Source: an uncultured delta proteobacterium
GTDB lineage: Bacteria > Desulfobacterota > Desulfobaccia > Desulfobaccales > 0-14-0-80-60-11
NCBI GenBank assembly: GCA_963812015.1
Contig: CAWETI010000003.1
Span: 1,824,001-1,888,000 of the forward strand
Reading direction: 5' to 3'
Length of the DNA: 64,000 nt
Positions 17,855 through 27,893 of the stretch are shown here, in pieces. Position 1 is the first letter of the stretch. Every line of letters begins with the position of its first letter. The position numbers and the translations under genes are program-made. The notes beneath the pieces are model-generated. The model saw nothing but the letters and a program-made list of their open reading frames with translations. It was not told the DNA's origin and did no database searches.

Positions 17855-18737
17855 GGACAAACTCCCTTCTCTCATTGAAATCCTCAAGAAATTCGACACT
17901 GAGGAAAAGTGTATCGCCCATTTTGAGCGCATACGCTGGCCTAACGGCCTTGTCTGCATCAAATGCGGTAGTCCCCGAGTGATGAAGTTTAAGGCGTTGG
18001 GGAAAACCAAGAAGGTGCGCCAGCTTTACGAGTGCAAAGACTGCCATTATCAATACTCGGTAACTGCCGGGACAAGCTTTCATAATTCCCATGTGCCTCT
18101 TACCAAGTGGTTCCTGGCAATCTACCTGATTTGCTCTGCGAAAAAGGGCGTGGCCGCCCGCCATCTTCAACGCCATCTTTCGGTAGGGGTCGAAACTGCA
18201 TGGTATATGGCTCATCGGATTCGCCTCGCTATGTCAGAGGACGAGGAGTTTTGCGCGAAGTTTGCCGGTATTTGCGAAGTTGACGAGACTTATGTAGGTG
18301 GCAAAGGTAAAGGTCCACACGGGCGCGGAGCCGCCAATAAAACTCCCGTAGTAGGGATAAAAGAGCGGACATCAGGCAAAATCCTTATGAAAGCGGTTGA
18401 TAATGTCAAGGCCAGCACCTTGCGGGGTTTCATCCGCAAACACGCCTCGCCTGGCTCTGAAATCCAGACTGATGATTTTCGGTCTTACCTCTGGCTTGAT
18501 AGCTCTGAATTTGTCCATAATGTCGTGAACCATGGCGAAAAAAAGTATGTGAAGGCCGGGAATATTCACGTGAACGGGATTGAGAATGTTTGGTCCTTGT
18601 TCAAGAGAGCTATCACCGGCGTTTTCCATAAGGTTTCTGCCAAGTATCTGCCTCTGTATCTCAATGAGTTCGCTTTCCGGTTCAATAACCGGGAGCAAGT
18701 CAATATGTTGGATGAGGTCTTAAAAACGAGTTTCTAA
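17853..18737 (+). CDS. IS1595-family (ISXO2-like) DDE transposase
   Basis: Zn ribbon CIKC/CKDC, HTH, VDETYVGGK, IQTDD, NGIENVWS, YLNEFAFRFNNR. Confidence 0.95.
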   Translation: MDKLPSLIEILKKFDTEEKCIAHFERIRWPNGLVCIKCGSPRVMKFKALGKTKKVRQLYECKDCHYQYSVTAGTSFHNSHVPLTKWFLAIYLICSAKKGVAARHLQRHLSVGVETAWYMAHRIRLAMSEDEEFCAKFAGICEVDETYVGGKGKGPHGRGAANKTPVVGIKERTSGKILMKAVDNVKASTLRGFIRKHASPGSEIQTDDFRSYLWLDSSEFVHNVVNHGEKKYVKAGNIHVNGIENVWSLFKRAITGVFHKVSAKYLPLYLNEFAFRFNNREQVNMLDEVLKTSF

Positions 18738-18931
18738 GAGAAAACAAAATCTGCCTGTTTAAAACTCCCATGGCTTCCCATGTCCGCTTGTGCTATGGTG
18801 ATTTTGCGGAATCACATACCAACGGAGACGAGAAGCCATGGCTAAATGCCCCTTTCAAGACCGCATAGATTGCCCCAGCTGTGGTCTGTTTGTTCTAAGA
18901 ATCCTGATATATTCGGGGCGGCGATAGGGTT

Positions 18932-19873
18932 ATGCCAAAAAAGAAACAATTATATTGGATTTTATTTATCATATTGGCATTATTTCTCATAATAGAAATT
19001 ATCGGATTACAATGTTCCCATACGCCATCCGATGATCACCGCAGCCAAGAGAAGACCTACCAGAAAAAAGATAGTACGGGAACGGCGATATTTTCCCCAG
19101 TTTTGGGGAAGGGGATTAATTGTATCCTTGATTGGGTTGGAACTAATAATGCTGCTGTTGTCGCATTGGCTACTATAATCATTGCATTGTTCACAGGCAC
19201 ACTGTGGTGGGCCACTACTGGTTTGTTCAAGACTGCCCAAGAACAATCCAGGGACATGAAGGACTCCATCGCTGCCGCCCAAAAAGCCGCCAAGGCCGCC
19301 GAAGATAGTGTTAAAATCGCTAAAAAGTCTCTCAATACCACCCGCCGTGCATACGTTTTCCTCAAAGATATTGAAATAAGAGAAACACAGGGCAGAGGAA
19401 GTATTTCTGCAATTCAGGGACAAATGAGATGGCAACTTTTCCCACGTTGGCAAAATAGTGGGGACACCCCTACAAGGAATTTGACAATTAGTGTTGGTTG
19501 TAAGGTTTCTGATAGATTTCTCCCCCATAACTTCCCGTTTCCATATACTAATAAAGAACTTAAAGGACTTTCCGGTGATTGTTGTTACTCGTATGATACT
19601 AAAAGAAATATTCCTATTGTAATTGGGCCAAAGGCTGCTATTATTAGTGTGCCCTTGATTATTTCGGAGACACATGATGATATTGCTCGTATTATGTCGG
19701 ATTATTTGTCTATCTATGTTTGGGGCGAAGCCAAATATCTTGATGTTTTCGATGCAACACTTACCCATTGCACACGATTTTTCGTTAAACTGTCTTTTCC
19801 AGAGAAGTTCATTGAACAACCATTGCTCATTTATTATGAAAGATATACTTGTGCTGATGAGGATTGCGGTTAA
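18932..19873 (+). CDS. AT-rich membrane-anchored hypothetical protein (IS passenger)
   Basis: Two hydrophobic segments, Ala/Lys coiled segment, then a soluble domain (NSGDTPTRN); lies between transposase and IRR. Confidence 0.75.
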   Translation: MPKKKQLYWILFIILALFLIIEIIGLQCSHTPSDDHRSQEKTYQKKDSTGTAIFSPVLGKGINCILDWVGTNNAAVVALATIIIALFTGTLWWATTGLFKTAQEQSRDMKDSIAAAQKAAKAAEDSVKIAKKSLNTTRRAYVFLKDIEIRETQGRGSISAIQGQMRWQLFPRWQNSGDTPTRNLTISVGCKVSDRFLPHNFPFPYTNKELKGLSGDCCYSYDTKRNIPIVIGPKAAIISVPLIISETHDDIARIMSDYLSIYVWGEAKYLDVFDATLTHCTRFFVKLSFPEKFIEQPLLIYYERYTCADEDCG

Positions 19874-19949
19874 TAGGAAGGCGACACACTTTGTCAAGCC
19901 GAACATCGCCTAATTTTAAATGTCAATTAAATGCAGATTATGCGGCAAC

Positions 19950-20103
19950 CTTGCCCACCCACAGCGTTCCCAACAAAGCTTGCCGGTCTTTACATCTTTG
20001 AAGGCTACCCAATAGATGCGGTCGGCCCGTTCCCGCCACTTGTGCACGGTTGATTCCGTGTAATATACCCCGGCATATTTCTTGACAGATATTTTTTCGC
20101 CAT
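19950..20103 (-). pseudogene. Tyrosine integrase N-terminal (arm-binding) stub
   Basis: GGAG RBS + ATG 20103; with +1 A in the A6 run reads MAKKISVKKYAGVYYTESTVHKWRERADRIYWVAFKDVKTGKLCWERCGWA, matching the KYxGVYY..DRxY..GWASEG pattern of such integrases; then truncated. Confidence 0.65.
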
Positions 20104-20258
20104 AGATACTCCAATATCAGGGATAACCTTTGTAAGTGAACTATAAGTCTTTTCTGTCTACTATTCCCCGAACTATGCCATGTATAACTAATTAACGTCA
20201 AGGGATATTTCTATTTAGGTGGTCTTTGGACATTTCTTGTCTATTTATAAAGAAATGA

Positions 20259-20314
20259 ACTTGAAATCCCTCGGTCGCAAGGCCGTGTCGGTTCGAGTCC
20301 GGCCCCAGGCACCA
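20259..20314 (+). repeat. attR: duplicated 3' half of tRNA-Leu
   Basis: ACTTGAAATCCCTCGGTCGCAAGGCCGTGTCGGTTCGAGTCCGGCCCCAGGCACCA; no 5' half. Confidence 0.92.
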
Positions 20315-20653
20315 ATGATTTCAATATGCACGCTCCATTCAGCCTCTCCTTCCCCGGTATAAGCATTGCCCCGGGGTCATAATAGGTGTCATCCACACCC
20401 TGATTCCCCCGACTTACCCTCATGTATCTCAAGGAGAGGGTCTCAGACGGCATTGGCCCAGAGAACAGAGAGGCCAACTTCTCCTAAGCCTTCTCGACGA
20501 TTTCACTTGATGGGCGCATCCTTAATGATCTCCTGGTGCACTATCCTTGCCCGGAAAGCGTCAGATCGAACCTTCTCAAGTTTTTCTTGGCTTTCAGTTT
20601 TTATATGATAAAATAAGACGTTTAAGTCGCATATCAGGAGATCGAATGGGCTC

Positions 20654-20884
20654 ATGAAAAAAGATATTCATCCCAACTACCTTGAAACCACCGTGCGCTG
20701 TGCCTGTGGCAGCGAATTCGTGACCGGCTCCACCAAGGAATCCATCCGGGTGGAGATCTGCTCCAAGTGCCATCCCTTCTTTACCGGCAAGCAGAAGCTT
20801 ATGGATACCGCCGGCCGGGTGGAGCGCTTCCGCCGCAAATACGCCAGTTTCGAACAGAACAAGGCCACCGACAAGCCCGAATGA
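20654..20884 (+). CDS. rpmE: 50S ribosomal protein L31 (Zn-binding type)
   Basis: [34 protein letters not shown]. Confidence 0.98.
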   Translation: MKKDIHPNYLETTVRCACGSEFVTGSTKESIRVEICSKCHPFFTGKQKLMDTAGRVERFRRKYASFEQNKATDKPE

Positions 20885-21879
20885 AGCCGGATGACTTGCG
20901 CATGGCCGTAGGCGGCCAGGCCGTGTTGGAGGGGGTGATGATGCGCTCCCCCCACGCCATGGCCGTGGCGGTGCGCCGTCCCGACGGCACGGTGATCCTC
21001 AAGGATGAGGCCTATCATTCCCTGGCGGAGCGCTACCCCGCCCTCAAGCGTCCCTTCCTCAGGGGTCCCGTGATCCTCATCGAGGCCATGGTCACCGGGG
21101 TCAAAGCCCTGACTTTTTCGGCCCAGGCCGCCCTCCAGGAAGAAGGTGACGCCCCGGGGGAAGAACCACTGGGTTGGGGCAGTATGGCCCTCACCCTGGG
21201 GGGCGCTTTCCTCATGGCCTTTCTCTTTTTCGGCTTCCTGCCCCACTGGTTGAGCGGCAAGGCGGGTTACTTGGTGGGTCGTCCCCTGACCCCGGCCGAC
21301 TTCACTTTTCACGTCATCGATGGCATCATCAAGGCCACCTTTCTCATGCTCTATATCTGGGGCATCTCTTTTTTCCCGGACATCCGTCGGGTCTTCGAGT
21401 ACCACGGCGCCGAGCACAAGTCCATCTGCACCTTCGAGGCCGGGGAAGAACTGACGGTGGCTAACACCAGGCTCCACCCCACTGCCCACGCCCGCTGCGG
21501 CACCTCTTTCATCTTGGTGGTGCTCCTGGTGAGCATTCTGATCTTTACCGTCTTTTTCCCCCTGTTTCCGGCCCTGACCCGCCGGGGCCTGGCCAACAAT
21601 TTCCTCCAGGTAGTCATCAAGGTGGGCCTGATGTTTCCCATCGCGGCGCTCTCCTACGAGATCATCCGCTGGGGCGGCAAGCACTGCCGCCATCCCCTGG
21701 CGAGAATCTTCCTCTGGCCCGGGTTGGTCACCCAGCGTCTCACCGCCCTGGAGCCCGACGACTCCCAGCTGGAAGTGGCCCTGGAGGCCTTGAAGGCGGT
21801 CCTGGCCCGGGAAGAGCATCCCCTCCCGGAAGGCCAGACGGCCGGTGACTCCCTGGCCTGCGCCGAGTGCGGGCATTGA
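20881..21879 (+). CDS. DUF1385 (YqhQ-like) membrane protein
   Basis: [41 protein letters not shown]; usual neighbour of rpmE. Confidence 0.9.
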   Translation: MKPDDLRMAVGGQAVLEGVMMRSPHAMAVAVRRPDGTVILKDEAYHSLAERYPALKRPFLRGPVILIEAMVTGVKALTFSAQAALQEEGDAPGEEPLGWGSMALTLGGAFLMAFLFFGFLPHWLSGKAGYLVGRPLTPADFTFHVIDGIIKATFLMLYIWGISFFPDIRRVFEYHGAEHKSICTFEAGEELTVANTRLHPTAHARCGTSFILVVLLVSILIFTVFFPLFPALTRRGLANNFLQVVIKVGLMFPIAALSYEIIRWGGKHCRHPLARIFLWPGLVTQRLTALEPDDSQLEVALEALKAVLAREEHPLPEGQTAGDSLACAECGH

Positions 21880-22045
21880 AAAGTAGCCATTAATCAGTGG
21901 TTAGTGGTTGGTCATGAGGGTGCGCACTGCGCACCTTTTTCGTTTTCGTTATTTTCGCCACAGGTCTGACCGGGTATAATGCAGGCTAAACCGAATCCCG
22001 CTCTCTTGGGTAAAGGAGAAAACCCAGGGTTTTGGTTATGGTCCG

Positions 22046-22939
22046 ATGCCCACCGCCGTCCCACCGCCACCCGAAAACCCGAAACTCTACATCGGTCCCG
22101 CCGGCTGGGATTATCCGGACTGGCAGGGGGTGCTCTATCCCCCGGGGCTCAAGGGCACTGACCGCCTCACCTTCCTGACCGCCTGGTTTACTGCGGTTGA
22201 GATCAACGTCTCCTTTTACCAGCCCCTTAATCCCGACTACGCCCGGCGCTGGCTGGCGGCAGTGCAAGAGGCCCCTGATTTCCGTTTCACCGCCAAGGTC
22301 TGGCAGGTCTTCACTCACGAACGCCGGCTGCCCGAGGCCGAACTGGCCCGGTTCCAGGAGGGGCTGGCCCCGCTCCTCACCGGGGGGAAGTTAGGGGTGC
22401 TCCTGCCCCAGTTCCCCTATTCATTCCATAACACCGAAGAAAATCGCTCTTATCTGGTGCAGCTCAAGGCCGCCTTACAAAAATATCCCCTGGCCGTGGA
22501 GGTGCGCCATCGCTCCTGGCAGCGACGGGCCGTGCGGGAGTTTTTGCAGGTGGCGGGCCTGGATTTCTGCAATATCGACCAGCCCATGGTGTCCTACCCT
22601 ATGGGGGCCACCCGGTGGGTCACCGGCTCCCGGGGGTATCTCCGGTGCCACGGCCGGCGGAAGGAGGCCTGGTTTGAGTTCGGGGACGACCGGGGGGCCC
22701 GCTATGACTATTTATACCCGCCGGAAGAGTTGGAGGATTTAGCTGAAAGGACCCGGAAGCTGATGTCGAAGGCCCGGGAAACCTACGTCATTTTCAACAA
22801 CCATCCCGGGGGCCAGGCCGTGGCCAACGCCTTGGAACTGGCCCATGTCCTCACCCCCACCCGGCGGCTCAACATCCCTCCGGGCCTGCTGGAGGCGTTC
22901 CCAAGATTGGCCGAATCGCTTATGAGGGGGAATGGCTAA
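22046..22939 (+). CDS. DUF72 (YecE-like) protein
   Basis: IGPAGWDYPDW, VEINVSFY, QFPYSF, VEVRHRSW, YLRCHGR, RYDYLY, FNNH. Confidence 0.9.
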   Translation: MPTAVPPPPENPKLYIGPAGWDYPDWQGVLYPPGLKGTDRLTFLTAWFTAVEINVSFYQPLNPDYARRWLAAVQEAPDFRFTAKVWQVFTHERRLPEAELARFQEGLAPLLTGGKLGVLLPQFPYSFHNTEENRSYLVQLKAALQKYPLAVEVRHRSWQRRAVREFLQVAGLDFCNIDQPMVSYPMGATRWVTGSRGYLRCHGRRKEAWFEFGDDRGARYDYLYPPEELEDLAERTRKLMSKARETYVIFNNHPGGQAVANALELAHVLTPTRRLNIPPGLLEAFPRLAESLMRGNG

Positions 22940-23186
22940 ACCGGGGTAAGACTGTAGAACCGTATGAGGTCGACGCAGCAATTTTATGGAGAGGGAATAG
23001 ATACCGGAGAGGGGTTACTTAAGAGGACGGCCCCAGGATGCCGTTGCTGTCATCTTGGAGCCGACCAGCCTTCCAACTTATTGCCATCCTGGGCATAACA
23101 TGTAGCTCCTCTTCAAGTCTTCAAGGGATTTACTTACTTGGGGGGCACGGTTTTCTCATCTTGACACGCCCCGATGACCATTGCTG

Positions 23187-23483
23187 TTACCGGTTCAAGA
23201 CCTGCCAAGACGTGGCTGTACGTCCAGTCTTCCCCTGAATTCTTTCGACTTTTGCCTCCTTTTTTTGTTCACTGAGTTTTTCCTCTTCCTTGGCTTTTTG
23301 CGCCTGGGCTGCTTTCGACCTATATTCTTTCATCTCGTAGAAGGTCTCAGCCGTCTTTCGGTTAAGGGGAAATATGTACCCATCCGGCGCCTTACCAGTG
23401 GGTGCAGCCTCTTCGGCATAAGCGGCGGCACAAAATAGGATCAGAATCGCGGCAATCACCGCACTCCAGATTGAGACTTTCAT
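23187..23483 (-). CDS. Small exported hypothetical protein
   Basis: Signal peptide MKVSIWSAVIAAILILFCAAAYA; RBS GGAG. Confidence 0.6.
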   Translation of the reverse strand: MKVSIWSAVIAAILILFCAAAYAEEAAPTGKAPDGYIFPLNRKTAETFYEMKEYRSKAAQAQKAKEEEKLSEQKKEAKVERIQGKTGRTATSWQVLNR

Positions 23484-23838
23484 CAACTCCCTCCGGTGTT
23501 TTTCCTAATTTCTACCTTACCATTTGGATAAGTGGAATCCAGAAAGTTCCTGATTTCCGCCTGCGGAATCCCTGAGAATGGCCTAAATAAAATTAATATA
23601 GCCTGTGCTGGCGCCGCTCTTCCAGTTTCGATCCTGCTATGCCTCGCTTGCCCAAGGGAACCTCGGGTAATGTCCCCAAAAGAGGTAACGGGAGAATGGC
23701 GCAAAAAAGGCTATTGAGGGGCAAAACTTCCCGGGCGACCCGGCCGGTCGCCCATGGGTAAGCGGGTTGGGAGGGGGGTGTTGGGGGAGGCAGGGACTCT
23801 TATGTAAGGGTTCCTGGACCTCCTCTCACAAATCCTTT

Positions 23839-25761
23839 CTAAAACACCAGGGCGCCGAAGCCTCTCGTCAGCAGGGCCAAGGCCAGGGCCAGGACCAGGG
23901 ACAGGCCTGCGGCCGCGGCCGCCCCTTTCCAGCCCAGTTCCCGGCTCATGGCCGCGATGGTGGAGGCGCAGGGTACGTAGAACAGGACAAAGATGGTGAA
24001 GGTGAGGAGTTGGGCCAGGGTGAGCGCCGTGGTGATCTGGGTGGTGCCCAGGGCCTCGGTGAGCATAATAAGAGAAAGTTCCCGACGCATGATCCCAAAA
24101 ATCAGGGTGACGCCCACGGATGCCGGCAGGCCCAGCACCGCGGTGAAGGGGCGGCAGATATCGTTGACGTAGACCTCCAGGTGGTAAAACTGCAGGAGGC
24201 TCAGGATCAGGCTGCCCACGATCAGGATGGGCCAGGCCACCACGATGAATTCCTTGAGGGTGTGCCAGGATTTCCGGGTCACATTCTTCAGGGTCGGGAA
24301 GCGGTATTCGGGGATCTCCATGAGCAGGCCCGGGGAGACCTCGGGCAGGATCCAGGTGGACACCTTCCCCAACAGGGCGATGACCACCAGATTGAAAAAG
24401 TAGACCCCTAATGCCCAATAGGGTCCCAGGGCGTAGGCCACCAGGGCGAAGATGATCACCGAGCGGGCCGAGCACGGCACCAGCACCGCCAGAAAGGAGA
24501 CCACCAGCCGGTCCCGGGGGCTCTCCAGGATGCGGGTGGCCATCACCGCGGGCACGCTGCAGCCGTACCCCAGGATGAAGGGGATGATGGACTTGCCGTG
24601 GAGTCCCAAAAAGTGCATGAGATTATCCAAGAGGAAGGCCACCCGGGGCAGGTAGCCGCTGTCCTCCAGGAGGGCCAGGCCGACGAGGAAGGGCACCAGG
24701 TACGGCAACACGATGGCCACCCCGCCGAAGATGCCCATGAGCAGGCCTTCCACCATGCTGTAGGTCAGGGTTTTGGTCCCCAGCCAGGCCTTGCCGAGCT
24801 CCTGGGCCGCGGTTAAATAGCCCATCAAGAAATCTTCAACATGTTGCCCCACCTTGAAGACCACCAGGAAGAACACTGCCAGGACGGCCACCAGGAGGAT
24901 ATAGCCCCAGAACTTATGGGTGGCGATCTTGTCCAAGCGCTCGCGCCAGCCGGGTTTTTCCGCCGGCTTGACCTTCGCCACCAGCTCAAAAAGGTTGACG
25001 CTCAAGGCATGGCGCTCGGAAGAGATTACGGATTCCGGGGGCCGCCCGTGCGACTGGGCCAGAATCTTCTGGCTGTTGCGGACCACGTGAACCGCCTCGG
25101 TATCCTGCCGTCCGATCTCCTCGATAACGTAAGGGTCGTCCTCCAGGGCCTTGACCAGCATGAAACGCCAGGGCAGCCCCAATTTCCGTGAAAAGGAGAA
25201 ATCCAGTTGGTCCGCCAGGGAGTCGATCTCTTCTTCCACGTCCCGGGCAAATTGAGTCTGGGCCGGGCGCACCCCGGCCCGGCCGGCGCGGAGGGCGGCG
25301 CTCAACAGGTCGCCCAAGCCCCGGCCGGCGGCGGCAACGGTGGTCACCACCGGCACGCCCAGGAGATGGGAGAGTTTGGCCGCGTCGATCACGATCCCCT
25401 TGCGGGCGGCCTCATCCATCATGTTCAGGGCCACCACCAGGGGGCGTTCCAGGCTCATCAACTCCAGGGTGAGTTCCAGGCTGCGGCTCAGGAGGGAGGC
25501 GTCGATGACGTTGATGATGACGTCGGATTGCCCGGACAGGAGGTAGTTCCGGGATTCGCGCTCCGCCGGGTCGATGGAGGTGAGGGAATAGACCCCGGGT
25601 AGATCCACGCAGGTGAGTTCTTCACCTTCAAACACCACCTGACTGACGGTGTATTTCACCGTGGTGCCGGGAAAGTTGGAGACCGCGGCCTTATAGCCGC
25701 TGAAGTAATTGAAAATGGTGCTCTTGCCGCAATTAGGTTGGCCGATGAGGGAAATTTTCAT
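23839..25761 (-). CDS. feoB: Ferrous iron transporter FeoB
   Basis: G1 GQPNCGKST, NFPGTTV, DLPG, NMMD; gate motifs GYGCSVPA, VPCSAR, YVPC. Confidence 0.95.
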   Translation of the reverse strand: MKISLIGQPNCGKSTIFNYFSGYKAAVSNFPGTTVKYTVSQVVFEGEELTCVDLPGVYSLTSIDPAERESRNYLLSGQSDVIINVIDASLLSRSLELTLELMSLERPLVVALNMMDEAARKGIVIDAAKLSHLLGVPVVTTVAAAGRGLGDLLSAALRAGRAGVRPAQTQFARDVEEEIDSLADQLDFSFSRKLGLPWRFMLVKALEDDPYVIEEIGRQDTEAVHVVRNSQKILAQSHGRPPESVISSERHALSVNLFELVAKVKPAEKPGWRERLDKIATHKFWGYILLVAVLAVFFLVVFKVGQHVEDFLMGYLTAAQELGKAWLGTKTLTYSMVEGLLMGIFGGVAIVLPYLVPFLVGLALLEDSGYLPRVAFLLDNLMHFLGLHGKSIIPFILGYGCSVPAVMATRILESPRDRLVVSFLAVLVPCSARSVIIFALVAYALGPYWALGVYFFNLVVIALLGKVSTWILPEVSPGLLMEIPEYRFPTLKNVTRKSWHTLKEFIVVAWPILIVGSLILSLLQFYHLEVYVNDICRPFTAVLGLPASVGVTLIFGIMRRELSLIMLTEALGTTQITTALTLAQLLTFTIFVLFYVPCASTIAAMSRELGWKGAAAAAGLSLVLALALALLTRGFGALVF

Positions 25762-25898
25762 ATAATTATAAAGATATCGGGGGGCGTTCTCCCCAGGTTT
25801 TTCCTTTAAAATCTTGACACTTTTGCAAACTTCTTTATATTAATTAATTTGTACCTTGGAACCAAGGTTTTATTTTGACCATTTTTCAGGGTAAGGCC

Positions 25899-26444
25899 AT
25901 GGAAAAGAAAAAAAGCCTCCAGATCAACATCAAGACTATCCCCGAAACCGGCCTGGAGGTCGCCATCGACCTGGGCCCGGAGTGGTTCAGCCGCTGGCAT
26001 GAAGAGGACCCGGACCTGGAATTTACCGACGCCCGGATCACCGGCCTCGTCAGCCTTGAGAAACACGGCCTGGACATCCTGGTCCGGGGCAATCTCTCGG
26101 GCCGGCTGCAACTGGCCTGCAGCCGGTGCCTGGAATCCTTTGCCGCCCCGGCCTCAGTTGAATTTGACCTCCTCCTGGTTCCCGGCCCCCCCACGGCGAC
26201 CGCGGCAGACGCAGAATTGAGCCAGCCGGACCTGGACCTGGATTATTATACCGGTGAGGTGGTGGACCTGGAAAGCCTCCTGAGGGAGCAGATCATTCTG
26301 ATGCTGCCCTTAAAACCCTTGTGTGACGAAACCTGCAAGGGCCTGTGCCCCCAGTGCGGCGTTAGCCTCAATCGGGAGACCTGCCACTGTCAGGCCGAAG
26401 CCGTTGATTCCCCCTTTGCCAACCTGGCGAAGTTGAAAATTTAA
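25899..26444 (+). CDS. yceD: DUF177 / YceD family protein
   Basis: CSRCL, LREQIILMLPLKPLCDETCKGLCPQCG; upstream of rpmF. Confidence 0.9.
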   Translation: MEKKKSLQINIKTIPETGLEVAIDLGPEWFSRWHEEDPDLEFTDARITGLVSLEKHGLDILVRGNLSGRLQLACSRCLESFAAPASVEFDLLLVPGPPTATAADAELSQPDLDLDYYTGEVVDLESLLREQIILMLPLKPLCDETCKGLCPQCGVSLNRETCHCQAEAVDSPFANLAKLKI

Positions 26445-26455
26445 GGAGAGAGCCC

Positions 26456-26638
26456 GTGCCTTTACCAAAAAGAAGAAAATCCATCTCGAAGAAGAATATG
26501 CGACGCTCCCACGATCACCTGGTCCCGCCGTCGTTGTCCACCTGTCCCAAGTGCAATGAGCAGCGTTTGCCCCACCATGCCTGCCCCCATTGCGGTTTTT
26601 ACAAGGGCCGGCTGGTCATCCCCAAAGCGGCGGAGTAA
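26456..26638 (+). CDS. rpmF: 50S ribosomal protein L32
   Basis: PKRRKS..RRSH..CPKC..PHHACPHCGFY. Confidence 0.97.
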   Translation: MPLPKRRKSISKKNMRRSHDHLVPPSLSTCPKCNEQRLPHHACPHCGFYKGRLVIPKAAE

Positions 26639-26644
26639 GGGGCC

Positions 26645-27802
26645 ATGGATTACCTGCTCACCGAAGAGCAGCAAATGCTCCAGGAGCTGGCCCGCCAGAT
26701 CGCCCACGAGCGCATCAAACCCATCCGGGCGCAACTGGACGAAGAAGAGAGCTTTCCGTGGGACATCCTGGCCGCCTTGGCCCAGGCGGATCTCTGCGGC
26801 AGCATCATTCCCGAAGCGTATGGCGGTCTGGGACTGGGGTGCATGGAAAACTGCCTAGTCCTGGAAGCCCTGGCCGAAGGCTGCGTGGGTGTGGCCACCA
26901 CCTATGCCGCCAGCTTTCTGGGGGCTTATCCCCTGCTGTTGTACGGCACCGATGACCAGAAACACCGCTATCTGCCCCCCATGGCCCGGGGCGAAGCCCT
27001 GGCCGCCTTTGCCCTCACCGAACCCCAGGCGGGGAGCGATGCCGCCGCCATTGCCACCACCGCGATGAAGGACGGCGATTTTTACGTCCTGAACGGCACC
27101 AAGCAGTGGATCACCAACGCCGGGGAAGCCGAATTCAACACCATCATCGCCCTCACCGACCGGACCAAAGGCGCCCGGGGGGCCTCGGCCTTCCTGGTGG
27201 AAAAAAATGATCCCGGCATCTCCTTCGGCAAGAAAGAAAAAAAGATGGGCATCCGGGCCTCCGTCACCCGGGAGATCATCCTGGAAGACTGCCGCATCCC
27301 CGCGGACCGGCTCCTGGGGAAACCCGGCCTGGGCTTCATCATCACCATGAAGACCCTGGACCTGGCCCGTCCCGGCGCGGGAGCGCTGGGGGTGGGGCTG
27401 GCCCAGAGCGCCCTGGACGAAGCCGCCGCCTTTGCCAAGGAGCGCCACCAGTTCGGGGCCCCCATCTTTTCCTTCCAGGCGGTCCAGCACCTCCTGGCCG
27501 ACATGGCCACCAAGATCGAGGCGGCCCGGGCCCTGGTGTACGCCGTGGCCCGCCATATCGACAGCAAGCCCAAGGATTATTCCAAACACGGGGCCATGGC
27601 CAAGCTCTTCGCCACCGATATGGCCATGCAGGTGACCGTGGACGCCGTCCAGGTCATGGGCGGCCACGGCTACATGCGGGAATACCCGGTGGAAAAGATG
27701 ATGCGGGACGCCAAGATCCTCCAGATCTACGAAGGCACCAACCAGATCATGCGGAACGTCATCGGCCTGGCGCTGAATAAGGAATATTCAAAGAAAAAAT
27801 AA
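26645..27802 (+). CDS. Acyl-CoA dehydrogenase (butyryl-CoA dehydrogenase-like)
   Basis: FALTEPQAGSD, LNGTKQWITN, KMGIRAS, QVMGGHGY, QIYEGTNQI. Confidence 0.95.
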   Translation: MDYLLTEEQQMLQELARQIAHERIKPIRAQLDEEESFPWDILAALAQADLCGSIIPEAYGGLGLGCMENCLVLEALAEGCVGVATTYAASFLGAYPLLLYGTDDQKHRYLPPMARGEALAAFALTEPQAGSDAAAIATTAMKDGDFYVLNGTKQWITNAGEAEFNTIIALTDRTKGARGASAFLVEKNDPGISFGKKEKKMGIRASVTREIILEDCRIPADRLLGKPGLGFIITMKTLDLARPGAGALGVGLAQSALDEAAAFAKERHQFGAPIFSFQAVQHLLADMATKIEAARALVYAVARHIDSKPKDYSKHGAMAKLFATDMAMQVTVDAVQVMGGHGYMREYPVEKMMRDAKILQIYEGTNQIMRNVIGLALNKEYSKKK

Positions 27803-27882
27803 GGGGAAAAGGCGAAAAGGGAAAAGCCGCTTCAAGCCCGAACCCCTTTCGCCTTTTCGACTCTTCGCCTTTTCGCCCTTCG
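27802..27882. repeat. Inverted octamer-like repeats (AAAAGGCG / CGCCTTTT)
   Basis: ggggaaaaggcgaaaagggaaaag ... ccctttcgccttttcgactcttcgccttttcgcccttcg. Confidence 0.55.
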
Positions 27883-27893
27883 AAAATTAACTC

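Larger units (their letters stand above)
17666..19910 (+). mobile_element. IS1595-family element with passenger gene (2245 bp)
   Basis: 23-bp terminal IRs GGCG(T/A)TGTTCGGCTTGACAAAGT (17666-17688, 19888-19910; 1 mismatch); 8-bp TSD TAATTTTA (17658-17665, 19911-19918). Confidence 0.93.
14051..20314. mobile_element. Decayed tRNA-Leu-integrated genomic island (attL 14051-14106, attR 20259-20314)
   Basis: 56-bp direct repeat of the tRNA 3' half with 2 mismatches; integrase stub next to attR. Confidence 0.85.

Noticed and set aside
19007..19906. 299-aa minus-strand ORF in the IS
   Set aside because: Antisense to the passenger gene, whose TM/coiled-coil organisation is more protein-like.
19938..20201. 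87-aa minus-strand ORF as listed in the track
   Set aside because: The meaningful reading is a different frame (integrase N-terminus from ATG 20103).
20259..20314. Second tRNA-Leu gene
   Set aside because: Only the 3' half is present (no acceptor 5' strand or D arm); it is an att duplication.
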